Shown: positions 24,441-36,717 of the stretch, one piece after another
Numbering within the stretch: position 1 is the stretch's first letter
How the letters are laid out: every line of letters begins with the position of its first letter
Source: Chrysemys picta bellii
Taxonomy: Eukaryota
Assembly: GCF_011386835.1 (NCBI RefSeq)
Contig: NC_088813.1
Location: 13,392,001-13,456,000, forward strand
DNA: 64,000 bases
Direction: 5' to 3'
Made by a program: the position numbers and the translations under genes
The notes under the pieces: model-generated
The model's input: the letters and a program-made list of their open reading frames with translations, nothing else
What the model was told of the DNA's origin: nothing
Database searches by the model: none

Positions 24441-26284
24441 ATCCCAACATGCTTGAAAAAGGAAGTCAGCATAATTACCCCCTTTTACAGATGAGGAAAC
24501 TGAGGCACAGGGAAGGAAACTGACTTGCCCAAGTTTACCCCACAGACCAGAGAGTCTGAGACTCCCTGCAATAACCAAATGGAGCATGGGGACCCATATA
24601 CAGTCATTGCCAGTTTAGTACTACAGTGATTTCCCCGGTTACAAGAGCCCTGCAGGGACAGTGTCAGTCTGTGGCAAGAGAATTATGGCTCCCTGTTCCA
24701 GAATAAACTAGCCAACCTAGGTTGACGGTTTGATGCCTCTGTATCCAGCTGCTGCCTCTCTGCCAGGTGGCTGAGCTCTGCCAGACTCCTCCCCAGACTG
24801 CTCCCAGTTTCCCGCCGGGTCGGTGCCAGCATGCGCTCTCTCTGGCCTTGAAAGATTCCAAACGAATAGCTATCACTTCACGCACTTCCTCCTCCAACCG
24901 CTCGCTCATCCAGCTGCCGGAAACCTTCATGCCTACCAGGCTGCCTTCTTCTGAAGGGATTTTAGGACAGGTTTGAAAGCAAGTGCAGGGAAGGTAGAAT
25001 TCCAGCTGCCACCCCCACCCCCAAAAGGAACAGGGAATGTTCAGCCTGCCCACATGGCAACACTTGGCCAGGTGTTTCTTAACTCTGAGCGTGACGTGCC
25101 CTGGATGGAGCCTGAAATGAACTGAAAATGCAAGAACCGCCTGTGTAGGGAGGCTGATGTGACATGCCAGGCCAAGGAGTCAGGAGGGCAGAGCTTGGGA
25201 TGCTTGTCTGTTATTCAAGAGTAGCAGAGCCTAAAGATTCATGCTGCTGTTAAAGGGAACCTGCTGTGCAGAGGAGACCACTGCCTCTAGCTGCTTATTT
25301 GAACTGGCTGGTTATGCTCCAGCAGTGCCTGCTTTCTAACAGTTCCAGCCAACACACCAGCTTCCGCCCAGCAGTGCCAGGCAGGACATCTGGGCTGCAA
25401 GCTTCCTGGCAGTAGTGCCCTGGCAGTGCCAGGCAGGAAGATATGAAAAGCAAATATCCCAGAGCAGTGGAAGCTGCATTCCTGCAGTGTCCACAAGCAG
25501 CAACAGGGACTGTCTCTTTGTTCTGTGTTTGTACAGCACAGTGGGGCCCTAGCCCACGACTAAGGCTCCAGAAGCGACCATAATACATAAAATAATAAAT
25601 AATAATAAGGCTGAAAGTAATGTTTGGAAGCTGGTGAAATTGTAAGTTTCTCCTTCCTCTCCGGAGCCCCACCCCAGCTGTCTTCAAAGAGGAGAGTGTC
25701 TTGATCCTGATCTGCTCTCAGAAAGCTTTTCCCCTTTGGACCTGGCCAGGCCCTGCCAACAGCCACAGCCCATCCTCTCTGGGATATTTGCTTTGCCTAT
25801 CGTATAAATCTTTCCCCAGCTTAACCCGTTCCTTGCTTTCTCACAGATTATGTTCAAGCCTTCTCTCTCCATTACTACTTCATCAGGGTTTAGGATGACA
25901 TTTCAGTGGAGACAGATCAATCCTAATCAAGAGGGGTAGAGCAGAGGCTGGGAATGTGTTCTCCCCACAGCCAGCACCTTTGACAGTACTCCCTACATTA
26001 ACTCCGGCAGGGAGAAGCGGAGTCTGAGGTAGCTAGAGCCCCCCCCAGCCTGCATTCCTGCATAGATCTATATAGTGACAGCTGCCACAGAAGGCTGGGG
26101 TGGGATTAGCTGGGGGCACCTTTGCTCTTGCAGCTTCTTGCTGCGAGAAGCGACACCATTTTGCAGAGTGACTCCTCCTGGGGGAGCTGGGAACCCCCTA
26201 CGGCCAGAACTTTTGATGTAGAAGAATAGGATCGGAAGCGCGGTGACATCCCTTACGCTCTATCTGCAGTAAAAGATGGACTGC

Positions 26285-26511
26285 TTTAACTACACTGGTA
26301 GAGGTAAAGTGGCAAACCCCACCTAGTGTGGATGCAGTTATACCGATCTAGCTTATTTCAATTCCGGAGGCAGAATAAGTTATACCAGCATAACTTTTAT
26401 ACCAGTATAATTGTGTCTACACTAGGGATTTTACTGGTATAACTAAATAGGTAAAAATCACCCGCCAACTGACAAAGTTATTCTGGCATAATTTACAAGT
26501 GTAGACATACC
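26285..26511. mobile_element. PIF/Harbinger-type MITE
   Basis: Ends ..CTACACT / AGTGTAGACATACC followed by TTA. Confidence 0.6.
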
Positions 26512-26579
26512 TTAGAGCCAGTGCTCTGGCCCCTTCCTGTCATGCCTCTAACTAGCTAAAGTACTTTTCTGGCATCTGT

Positions 26580-27060
26580 CACCATAGTATCTGAGCACCT
26601 CACACTCTTTGATGTATTTATCCTCCCCACACTCCTGTGAGGTAGGGCAGTGCTGTTATCGCCATTGTACAGATGGGAAAGGGAGACCCAAAAAGACTAC
26701 ACTAGAAATGCTACAGTGGTGCAGTTTTAGCGCTGTAGTATAGGGGTTCCTCCATCGCTGTAATAAATCCGCCTTGAGAGAAGGTATCTAGGTTGAGGAA
26801 GACTTCTTCTGTCAACCTAGTGGTGTCTGTACCAGGGATCAGGTCATCTTAATTACATCACAGAGGGCATGACATTGTTTGCAAACTTTGTAATGCAGAT
26901 CAGCCTAGGGCACAGATCCTTGAAGGTATTTAGGTGACTAACTTGGGACCTAAATGCCTAAATACCTTTGAAGATCTGGCCCTAAATTACTTGCCCAAGG
27001 TCATGAGGGTCTTCTGAGTCCCAGGCTAGTACCCTAACCACTGAGCCATCCTTTCTCTCT
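26580..27060 (-). mobile_element. MIR-like relic interrupted by two adjacent MITEs (about 26694-26905 and 26908-26982)
   Basis: MIR halves (gccattgtacagatggg / ttacttgcccaaggtca) flank a CTACACTA-type MITE and a palindromic GGGC.CAGATC MITE. Confidence 0.6.
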
Positions 27061-27220
27061 CCAGCTGAGAGAGGCTATTACTGGAGTATAAAGCCTTGAA
27101 TACAACATACTCACAAGCTTTTTTACTCAGGGAATTGATGAGATGTGACAGCTTTCAATGTACTCTGTCCTCAGAAACCCTGCTTCGCCCGTGAACCTAT
27201 AAAAATGCCTCTTTGCCCCA

Positions 27221-27480
27221 TGTAACATTTTGGGGATCACCCAGACCAGTAAGGGGTTCTGCAATCGCCTGCCTTGTAACTTTGGGTGCCTTGATGCTAT
27301 GGCTCAGAGCCCTGACACCAGTAGCAAGCCAACAGGCCCACCCTGGCTTCCACCAGCCTCGTCACTCCTGACAGGGTGATCCTAACAGCCTTTCCACTCC
27401 AGAGTCTCCCCCAATCCATCTACCCCAAGTTCATAACCACAGTCTGTATACATAACTCATAACGATCAGATCCCCTCTTC
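27221..27480. mobile_element. Probable LTR-like repeat fragment
   Basis: Starts TGTAACA and has LTR-like composition; family not identified. Confidence 0.3.
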
Positions 27481-27490
27481 TCCCCTTGGG

Positions 27491-28056
27491 GTGTCTGACG
27501 TCAGGAATCATAACATTCAAAAACCAGTAGGAGAACACTTCAATCTTTCTGGTCACTCAATAACAGACCTAAAAGTGACAATTCTTCAACAACAAAACTT
27601 CAAAAACAGACTCCATCCTGAAGCTGCACAACTGGAATTAATTTGCAAACTGGATACCATCAGATTAGGCCTGAATAAAGACTGGCAGTGGTTGGGTCAT
27701 TACAAAACCTAAACCTAATTTCCCCAATACTAATTTCTCCCTACTGTTACTCACACCTTCTTGTCAACTGTCTGTAATGGGCCACTCTCTTATCACTTCA
27801 AAAGTTATTTTTCCTCCCTTGGTATCCTGCTGTCAAGTGATTTATCTCGTTAGACTGACCTCACACTTGGTAAAGCAACCCCCATCCTTTCCTGTATTTA
27901 TACCTGCTCCTGTATTTTCCACTCCGTGCATCTGATGAAGTGGGCTCTAGCCCACGAAAGCTGATGCCCAAATACATGTGTTAGTCTCTAAGGTGCCACA
28001 AGGACTCCTCGTTGTTTCTGCTGATACAGACTAACCCGAATACCCCTCTGAAACCT
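27491..28056 (+). mobile_element. PLE 3' fragment (GIY-YIG C-terminus, 3' UTR, hammerhead motif at 27928-27967)
   Basis: ORF 27491-27712 (DVRNHNIQKPVGEHFNLSGHSITDLKVTILQQQNF...ELICKLDT) is homologous to 839-1168; standard PLE tail follows. Confidence 0.9.
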
Positions 28057-28619
28057 GGATTGTGATCGTCACATCTGCCACCCTGCTCCCATCCTCTCTC
28101 CCCTTCCAGCTAGGATGTGGGTGTCAATGTCTAAGCTGGAACTGTTGGTTTTCTGTGGCTAACCCTCCAGTTACACTAACTCTGTGGGCAGGAACCAACA
28201 GAAAGCAGAAGGTGGAGGGGTGACAAAAAATCACCAAAGCAGGGTGATAATGCCAGCCCTTCCAGACTCCCGATCAGAGCTCTCCAGACAGCACCACGGC
28301 ACAGCATTTGGATACCTCAGGCACGTGCTGCTGCAGACCAACTGCTTGTTGTAATTTGGTTGTTTACAGACATCTGCTCTGATCAAATCTCAGCCAGATT
28401 CCGCCCCCTCCTCACCTCCCCCCCCCCCGAAGGACTGAGGAGATGCAACAAAGCAGTTGTGTCACTGCAGGAGTCAGTGAAGAAGAAAGCGGGTGGGAGG
28501 AGAGTAGCTGTCTGAGCCAAGCCATGGCTGCTGTAGGTAATTCAGCAGATGGGGCATTCTCTCCTAGTAATAATGCCGCATTGCACATCGACAGCACCTT
28601 GCATCCAAGGATACCAAAG

Positions 28620-28800
28620 CACTTGCAGTTCAACCATCTCTGTGTTATATACGGGGAAACCGAGGCACAGAGAGCAGAAGTAACTCACCCAAGGTCACAC
28701 AGCAGTTCAGTGGCCAAGCTGGATGGATACTGTGGCGATGAATGCTGTAGAAACCCATAAGGTAGATAGCTAGAACCCAGTAGTCCTGATTCTAGAATAT
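28620..28800 (-). mobile_element. MIR/CORE-SINE-like relic
   Basis: ggggaaaccgaggcacagag...aactcacccaaggtcacacagc. Confidence 0.6.
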
Positions 28801-30496
28801 GCATTACGCCACGCTGCACCCCCCAAGAATCCCACTTAGTACCTAGCAGTGCCTGTTTGTCCGAGGGGTGGGAAGTAGGGAATCTAGTTCTACGGTTCCT
28901 TACTCCTAGTGACTCCTGTAGATGGCCAGAGGGCGGGATAAGGCCCATTGGTTTGGAAAATCCCTGCCACAACTGCTAGGCACTTGGAATGTAACACCGT
29001 CAGGACTGAAAGGGAGTCCGGACGATGTCTGGTAGCACTTAGGGATTTATGGCTGTGTTGAGCCCAGTGGTCTGGAACAGGTGGGAGCAGTACAGTGCGT
29101 GTCACTCAGCGGGAGCAGAGCTGCAGGGGAAACTGAAGTTAATTTATCAGTGATTAGCTCAAACCTATGTAATTTTTAACTGGAAAATAAGACGGCTCAA
29201 GGCCCAGCACTGCCCCTCCCCCTTGGAAGTCTGAGTAATATTTAATCCTGCCTCCTGTCCAGGCAAATCACAAATGTAACTCGCATTCAGGGCGGCCTCT
29301 GGCGGCCAAAGGGATGAACTTAAACTGCTGCAGAACATCCCAGTACAGTAAATCAATTCACTCCTGTCCCCCTGCATTGCCATGACACACTACATCAAGC
29401 ATTGCCAAGGCAGAAAGATCTACCTGTGGAGGGCCTTTTTGTTCAGGGACATAGAAGGGGAAATCCCCATGGAGAAAGATGCAGGAGCCTGGATATCATG
29501 CAAAAGAGCCTTTTAGCAATCCTTCCCATGGAGTGCTGCCTTCCGTGGAAATATACGCAGGGCTGGAGCAAAGATTCACATTTTCCCCACAGAATCAGAT
29601 TAAAAAATCCTAAGTGCTCGTTTCGAGCCCAGCCCAGCCCAACCCAGGAACTACTAGCAATGTGGATGAGGAGTCAGCGACAATCCACAGGCCCAGTGTT
29701 GCCAACCTCAAGAGATCAAAAATCATGAGTCACACCTCAAAAAACTCAATTTAAAAAAATATAGATATACTGTTTCTTTTCAGTCTTTTGATTTTGGAAT
29801 CCCCCCACCCTCCCCGCACCTGGTGTCTATGTGTGACAATCAGTATTGCCAACACTTCCAAATGTATTGGTTAAGATAATTTGGCCACTGCTACAAGAAC
29901 TCTCTCCCCCATGTCTGTCTGTCCCCTGCCCAGCAATCAATCCTGTACCCCAGGCCCCACCCAGCAGATCAGCCCCTCCACCCCCAAGATTCATCTCTGC
30001 TCCTCCTGGATTCCTCACCCCACCCTCTGGCCTAGGGGGGTTGCAGTGGGGTGGGGTAAGTCTAGGGGCTCCTCACCTCCCTTTGCCCCTGTGCTCAGCA
30101 TTTCTCTCTGGAGGGGAAGAAGGAATGAAGAGCTGTAGCACAGGGCCAGGTGCAGAGGGAGGTGAAGACCCCCTAGAGCTGGCCCCCCTCCTGCCTGGAA
30201 GTGGGGAGGGGACCCCACTGCAGCCTTTCCAAGCCAGGGTGAGAAAGAGTGCACTGCCCACAGCAGCTTTTATTGGTTGTTCTTCCTCCGCAAGGTAGGC
30301 AAGTGGGGTTACAGCCAAAAAGAGGGCTCCAATTTGCTAGGAGGGTTGCATCACCAGGTAACTGGCTCCTGCCCCGGACAAAATTCTGCCAGGATGCCCT
30401 GGAGATGGCAATGCTGCAGGCCTAAGCAATGAAGTTAGGCGGTCTAAAGTCTGGGGAACACAAACATGAGCAAACTGCAGCAGAGACTGTGAGCTG

Positions 30497-30746
30497 TGTC
30501 TCAAGTTGCAGTGGGGGAGGTTTAGGTTGGATCTTAGGAAAAACTTTTTCACTAGGAGGATGGTGAAGCACTGGGATGGGTTACCTAGGGAGGTGGTGGA
30601 ATCTCCTTCCTTAGTGGTTTTTAAGATCAGGCTTGACAAAGCCCTGGCTGGGATGATTTAGTTGGGGATTGGTCCTGCTTTGAGCAGGGGGTTGGACTAG
30701 ATACCTCCTGAGGTCCCGTCCAACCCTGAGATTCTATGATTCTGTG
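30497..30746 (+). mobile_element. CR1 LINE 3' end
   Basis: aagttgcagtgggggaggtttaggttggat...cctcctgaggtcccgtccaaccctga ending in (ATTCTATG)-type tail. Confidence 0.92.
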
Positions 30747-31439
30747 TGGGGCAGGGAGTATGGATTTGAGTGTCAGTTACACTGTCCCCAGTTTAGGAAT
30801 GCTGTAGCTGAGAATCATGCCCTGGATATTCCTGTGCAAGTGAACAGCACCTAGCACATGGTGGTTTCAGCCAGAATGCAATAAATAATAATAGTGAGGA
30901 ATGCAGGATGTGCTGAAGATAGCGAGAGGAAGCAATGGAAGGAAAGACACAGAGGAGAATCGGAAAGTTTTCACAGACAGAATTGCTACGTCCAAAGGAT
31001 GGTGGGTCCCAGCTAGCAATAAAAGCGTCAAGAGCTTTTAAAGAGTCTCTTTGTGAGATCTAGAGGAGGATTGGACAGGGTGGCAGAATGGAATTAAGGA
31101 AGTGGAAGGAAAATGCACAAAAGTGAAAAGTGAATTTGAGTTCAGCAAATGGCATGACAAGGAAAGGACTAATAGGATAAGAACAGGCCACATTAATTCA
31201 GAAAGTGAGATCCGAGAGTGAGGTCTGAAAAGGAAGGTGGAAGAGTTGAGAGGAGGAAGCCGTGGACATCTTTTCCCGGAATGTTTAGGCCATTTCTGGA
31301 GACAGCACCTTGCAAAAGACTAATTCATACAGTTAGTTAATGAGCATCTCTGCTTGAGATCATTAGGAACAGGTTTAGCTATCAAACACATACAGCTGAA
31401 GCACAGGGAAGCAGTTGGGAATGGAGGCAGCTAGCTAGT

Positions 31440-32200
31440 GCAGAGCCACAGAGATTAGTAAATAAGGATCAATTTTTTTTAACGACCTGGAAGAAGGAAA
31501 GTGCAGTTGGCTGGTGGAATTTGCTGATGTTAAGGCTGGGAGGGAGGAAGGGAGCTTTCAGTAGAAAGGCAGAGTTCAGTAAAATTCAGAATGGTCTGGA
31601 CACTACGGATGATCTTATTCAATATAGAAACAAACACGGCAATGGTGCTAGGGACATACAATGGAAGGAAGGGAATAAACCGATCCTCAAGATGATATGC
31701 TAGAAAACACTGAGGAGCAGAAGAATCAGGAGTGGCTGCGAATGCAGTAAAAGAACGAAAGAAATGCTAGGTTACATACAGGGATGGGGAAATGATCCTA
31801 TCCCTGCCTGAGGGATTACCCAGGCCTCTCATGTAAAACTCTCTGCCCCTCTGGATACACTGGGGAAAGCAGAGCATAGAAATTGAGACAATTCAGAGAG
31901 AAGGGCAATGGCTGACAGGGGATCTTTAAAGCTCTGCATTTTTTGTGAAAGAAAGCCATCCTGCTCCCATTTAAATCTATGGGGAAACTCCAATGAGAGC
32001 AGGATAGGCCATTAGAGGAGAACTCACTGAGGAGTATGAAATTCTGTGGGGACTAGACAGGCTATGTGCTGCAAAATTGTTCAAGTTAGTGTCAGAGACA
32101 AGAAGCAGACAGAGGACATGAACTTAAGCTAAGAAAGGAGGACAATGGAAAAGAACTTAGGCAGAATGTCTTTATATGGATAGTATTTACCATGTGAGAT
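31440..32200 (+). mobile_element. Ancient CR1/L3 ORF2 remnant
   Basis: Highly decayed (aacgacctggaagaagg..., aatttgctgatg..aaggctggga, attcagaatggtctggac, attgagacaattcagagag). Confidence 0.5.
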
Positions 32201-33169
32201 AAATGGTCCCACCAGGGAGAAAAGAGGAGACACTGATTAAACCTCTTAACACTTCTGTGGGGGTAAGTATTATCCCCATTACAAAGATGGGTAAAAACTG
32301 AGATACAGACAGTTAAATGCTTTACTCAAGATCTTTCAGTGAGTCAGTAGCAAAGCTGGGTCCAGAACCCAGGAGCCTAGAACCATGTTCCTCTATTCTA
32401 ACATTTATTAAACCCACTACCCAGATATTGGATTTGGAGAAGATGTGAAATTTTTGAAGAGGGAGAGGGGGGAAAAAAGGCATAATTCCAAGGAAAAAAC
32501 GTGAACCCCAGCAAAGTGGGAGGGGGACAGACAGAGAGAGAGTGAACTCAGTATTACTTTTGTGCTCTGTGGTGCTTAGCTATTTTTAGTAGGTCATCAG
32601 GTTCAAAGCAGAAAAATCTGTAACCCCAAGAGAACAAGAGGGACAATCAGGGACATTGCAGTTTTTTAAAAAAGCAGGAACATTTAGTTTTTGCAATATG
32701 CTCCTATGTTTTCTTTTCTCCTTCATGGTTTTAGCAGTGTTCCTGATAAGCCTTCACTGGTGCTGTTTACAGGAGCAAAGTACAGACTATTTTAGTTCAC
32801 ACACACACACACACACACACACAAGCGTTTTTTCAGATTGCCCCATACAAACAGGAATCCATCCAACCTTCAGACCTGAATTAACCAAAGAGAAGTAGAT
32901 GTGGGGAGTCGTGCTTAACCAAATCCAAAAAGGGATATCATTTCTCTGCAGCTATGAGGGGTCACAATGTTGCCGAGCTCTCTTCTCTGGACTTGCTGTA
33001 ACAAGCTGCATTGTATTAGCAGCCCTGGGCCTATCAAATGTAATGCCCCTTCCTCTCCTGATGACACCCTAGCTGACTGTTGCCTAGCTGTACTCACAAA
33101 CAGATCCCCAACAGGAGACGAGCTGCAAACTCACCCAGTCCAGAAGGAAAGCACAGCTGAACTTTTTCA

Positions 33170-33801
33170 CATTCCTCCCTCCCCTGAAATATTTAATGGA
33201 TAAATCAGAAAGAGGTGTAAAGTTGGCACTTCAGAAGTAACCTTTTTTTAATTTCATCCCATACAAGGCTTTTTCTACCCAGCGCACATGACCCACAGGT
33301 TTTGTCCCCCTGGCAGCTTTGGACAGTTATATATTTATACTCACACACACACACAACTTGTTCAAGTTAATAGCATTCCTATGCTATTGAGTCAAAAGGC
33401 ACTCCACAAATAGGGGAGCTGGGGGGGAGGGAGAGGAGAAGAGGAGGAGGAGTGTGGACTGTACTGAAAAAAGTATCTTTTTTAACAAAAATATTTGTCA
33501 CTGAAAGCTGTGTTTCCTTCAGTGCTTATATTGGCAAGCCCGATTTAGCCCTGATTTCACTGGAACTTAGAAACCTGAAGGCAAACAAGGGATGGGTAAC
33601 CTGATCCTTGCACTAGTGTTTGGCCCAGGGAGGATTAGCAAGACTGGGGAAGCTGACGTTTGGGACTACGTTGACATTTATGAATGTTTCAAGAGAGTGG
33701 TGGGTGTTGCTTGGCAATCCGTAGGTAGATAAGCAGAGCCAGCCCGTAACTGCCCGGGAGGATGCCGAGGACCGGGCACGAACAGGGCTGCTACAGCAAA
33801 G
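33170..33801 (+). promoter_or_regulatory. Candidate SYNC distal promoter and non-coding first exon (donor after 33801)
   Basis: M-CAT CATTCCT at 33170 and 33374, AP-1 TGAGTCA at 33388, local CpG cluster, strong donor AAG|GTAAGG. Confidence 0.4.
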
Positions 33802-34933
33802 GTAAGGTCTAGTTTAGTTCCCACCAGAGATTATTGCTGGATTGACAGATTATTTGTATTTTTTTAATGTAAAGGCGCGCAGATCGCAGGGCCTATCAGT
33901 ACAATAGGAACGCAGGGTTGTCAAGACCTGACAATCTCAGTGAAGGAGGTGTCGAGAAGTCATTTGTGAGGCTGTGAACATCTCACTGAAACACAACAAA
34001 GCCCTTCATTGCAAGAGGGAGAGTCTTTAAAAAGGTCTTAAAATTAATCCAAAAAAGCAGAAACTCCGAGACTTGTCGGGGCTGCAAATGCAAAGGGTAA
34101 ACTCCGGCCTCTGATAGACTTGACTGTATGAGAGATCTCCTTCCTGGGGTTACTTCTACCTTGTGACAATCTTTATACATCTATAGTTTTATGTCTTTCC
34201 ACTCCTTTATTGATGGTTTTATACTGCAGTCCTTTATGCTGGGAAGATCATCATCACAGGGTTATGTAATCACCATTAGCAGGTAGCTGGCATCTTCTTC
34301 CATTTCTGAACTTTCTGCAGCTGGTATATTGAACAAGGCGAAGGCTGCCCTGAGAACTTGGAGGGGGAGAGAGACAGCTGCCAGGTTAGGGACTGAGGCT
34401 AAGATTTACCACCACTGGAAAGGAAAGGGCATTGGCAGCAGCAGAACCTGGTGGTCACAGCTTGGCTCATCTCCCCTCTGCACTCTCTGCATTACACTCA
34501 CAATAGCCACATTTCAGAGGAGACGAAGCATGAGTGGAGCACATTTGTATATCGGTATTAAATGTTAATAAATGGGAATATATTTGAAAGGGTGCAGTCT
34601 TGAAACAACACAGCCCCATCTCATTGCAAAGGACAGGGAGAATGTTACTGTCAGAGCAGCACTGCAGGGGTGGGCAGGTTTATTAGTGAAGCTCAACTGA
34701 GCTCCGTCTTGTGCCAGCTGAGAGGGGAAGACTGAAGTGCAGTGGCAAAAGAGAGATAATTTAATTATTCCTAATAATAAGAGCACCTGGCACTTATATA
34801 TTCACTTTTCAACTGCAGATCTCAAAATGCTTTACCAAGGTCATTATTCTAATTCCGTTTACACATGGGGACAGAGGCACACAAAGGTAAAGGATAGAAA
34901 TTTCAGAAGTGTGTAAGTGACTTAGGAGTTTAA

Positions 34934-35721
34934 GATTATGTCTAGACTAGGAGCACTTTACCAGTATAGGAATACAAGTATCCTATACCAGCAAAGCTAT
35001 CCCAGCGAAGACCTAGTGTGGACACAGCTATACTGTGCTTTGTACCAGTGTGGTAAATCCACTCGCCCATGAGCAAAACAAGCTAACCCAATAAAAGTAT
35101 CATTTTACTAGTATAGCTGCATGCACACTACAAACTTTTGCCAACACAGCTCAGTCAGTCAGGGAATCTCAGACTCCTGACCAACAGAGCTATGCTGGCA
35201 GAAGTCTGTAGTGCAGACACAGGCTATGTCTTCACTAGGAACACTGCAGCTGCACCACTTTGATGCAGACACCACCACAGCAACAGGAGGGGATCTCCAT
35301 TGCCGTAGTTAATCCCCGTCCCGGAGAGGCAGTAGCTAGGTTGATGGAAGAATTCTTCTGTCGATGTAATGCTGTCTGCACCTGGTGTTAGGTCGGCTTA
35401 ACTACGTTGCTCAGAGGTATAAATTTTTCACATCCTCGAGTGACGTAGCTGGGTCAACCTAACTAACACCTGGCTACAGTCTAAGTCTAAGACCTGGTCT
35501 AGGCCTAAAACTTAGATCAACTAGATACATCGGTCAGGGGTGTGAAAAATTCACACTCAGAGATGTAGTTAACCCAGCCTAAGCCCCGGTGTAAAAACTG
35601 CCTAGCTACCACCTCTTGAGGGGCTGGATTAACTACACTCCTTCCATCCCTCCTTCTAGACTACTGTACCACAGTGTCAGAGCGGCAGTGCCGTAGCTGT
35701 GCCTGTAGTGTAGACATAGCC
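34934..35721. mobile_element. Three abutting PIF/Harbinger-type MITEs (about 34934-35223, 35222-35465, 35490-35721)
   Basis: GGCTATGTCTACACTA-like termini; the last two are opposite-orientation copies of the family at 46758-47020. Confidence 0.7.
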
Positions 35722-36199
35722 TCATCGTCACAAGGAATTTAGGGACCCACATCTCACTGAACGTCAGTGGAATTTAGGCTCCTAAATCATTTAGGTGCTT
35801 TTGAAAATTTCACCCAAAGTGATTAGCTCTAGCTCAACTAGTGAGTCTGGGGCAGACGGAGGAGTAGAAGCCAGGAGCCTGACTCGCAGATCGGTATCCT
35901 AGCCACAGCAGTGGGCAGTGCCCCATCCCTAAAGTCCATTTAATCTCAAGTATTTTTAAGTGATTTGCTTTTTTTTTTTTTTTTTTTTTTTGTAAATTCT
36001 GTAGTATTTTCTATTTCAATTAACTAAAGGTAATCACAGGCCAAGAACTCAGAACGAACATCGCAAACCCTTACGCCCCACCCTCCAACTGATCCCACCC
36101 ATTCCACTCTGTCTGCTTTCCCATGGACTGCTCACCAGACAGCTGCCTCTCTGTGCAAGTATCCCCATGGCTGGACCGGGAATGGTAAGGGCATTGTGC

Positions 36200-36717
36200 C
36201 AGTCAGGGAAGAGGGCCCAATAAGGGCAGGGAAGGGGCGGGCTTAAGGCTGCACAAAGAAAACCATCCCTTCAAAATCCTTCTCAAAATCAAAGGAGCAC
36301 AGCAACCCAGAGCTTGTGCTCAGTCTCGAACAGGGTAACTCCAGCCACCACCTTCCCTGGCAAATGCCTCCCAGGATGGGCATGTTTTAGATCCAGGCTC
36401 CCGAGTCCTGGCCCATAACCTGCCTTCGACTTCCGGAAGGACCCAACCTCATTTGCTGTAACTTGCCGCCTGCTAAAAATGATCTGGAGCAAGGAGCCAG
36501 TTTTCCCTTTCTCCGCCCTCCTCCTCCTCCCTGACCACGCTGGGAGGGATCAGCCTGCAGCTGGCATTGCAGCTGGCTCCCAGGCAAAGAAAGGGAGATT
36601 GCTGCTTGGAGGCCAGGGGGCTCTGGTTTCTAACACTTTATTAATAGCAAATACACACTCCCATGCTACACCCACGTCCAGTCCAGAACACGAGGAACTG
36701 GGCTCCTGGAGAGAAAG
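36200..36717 (+). promoter_or_regulatory. Candidate myogenic promoter/enhancer and SYNC upstream exon (donor after 36717)
   Basis: CArG-like CCAATAAGGG and GC box near 36217-36241, tandem E-boxes CAGCTG at 36558 and 36570, MEF2 consensus TTATTAATAG at 36638-36647, donor AAG|GTGAGA. Confidence 0.4.

Noticed and set aside
28400-28540. GC box plus GCC-ATG-GCT-GCT-GTA-G|GTAATT as a plus-strand first exon
   Set aside because: Only a four-codon frame with a modest donor and no partner exon; compatible with chance.
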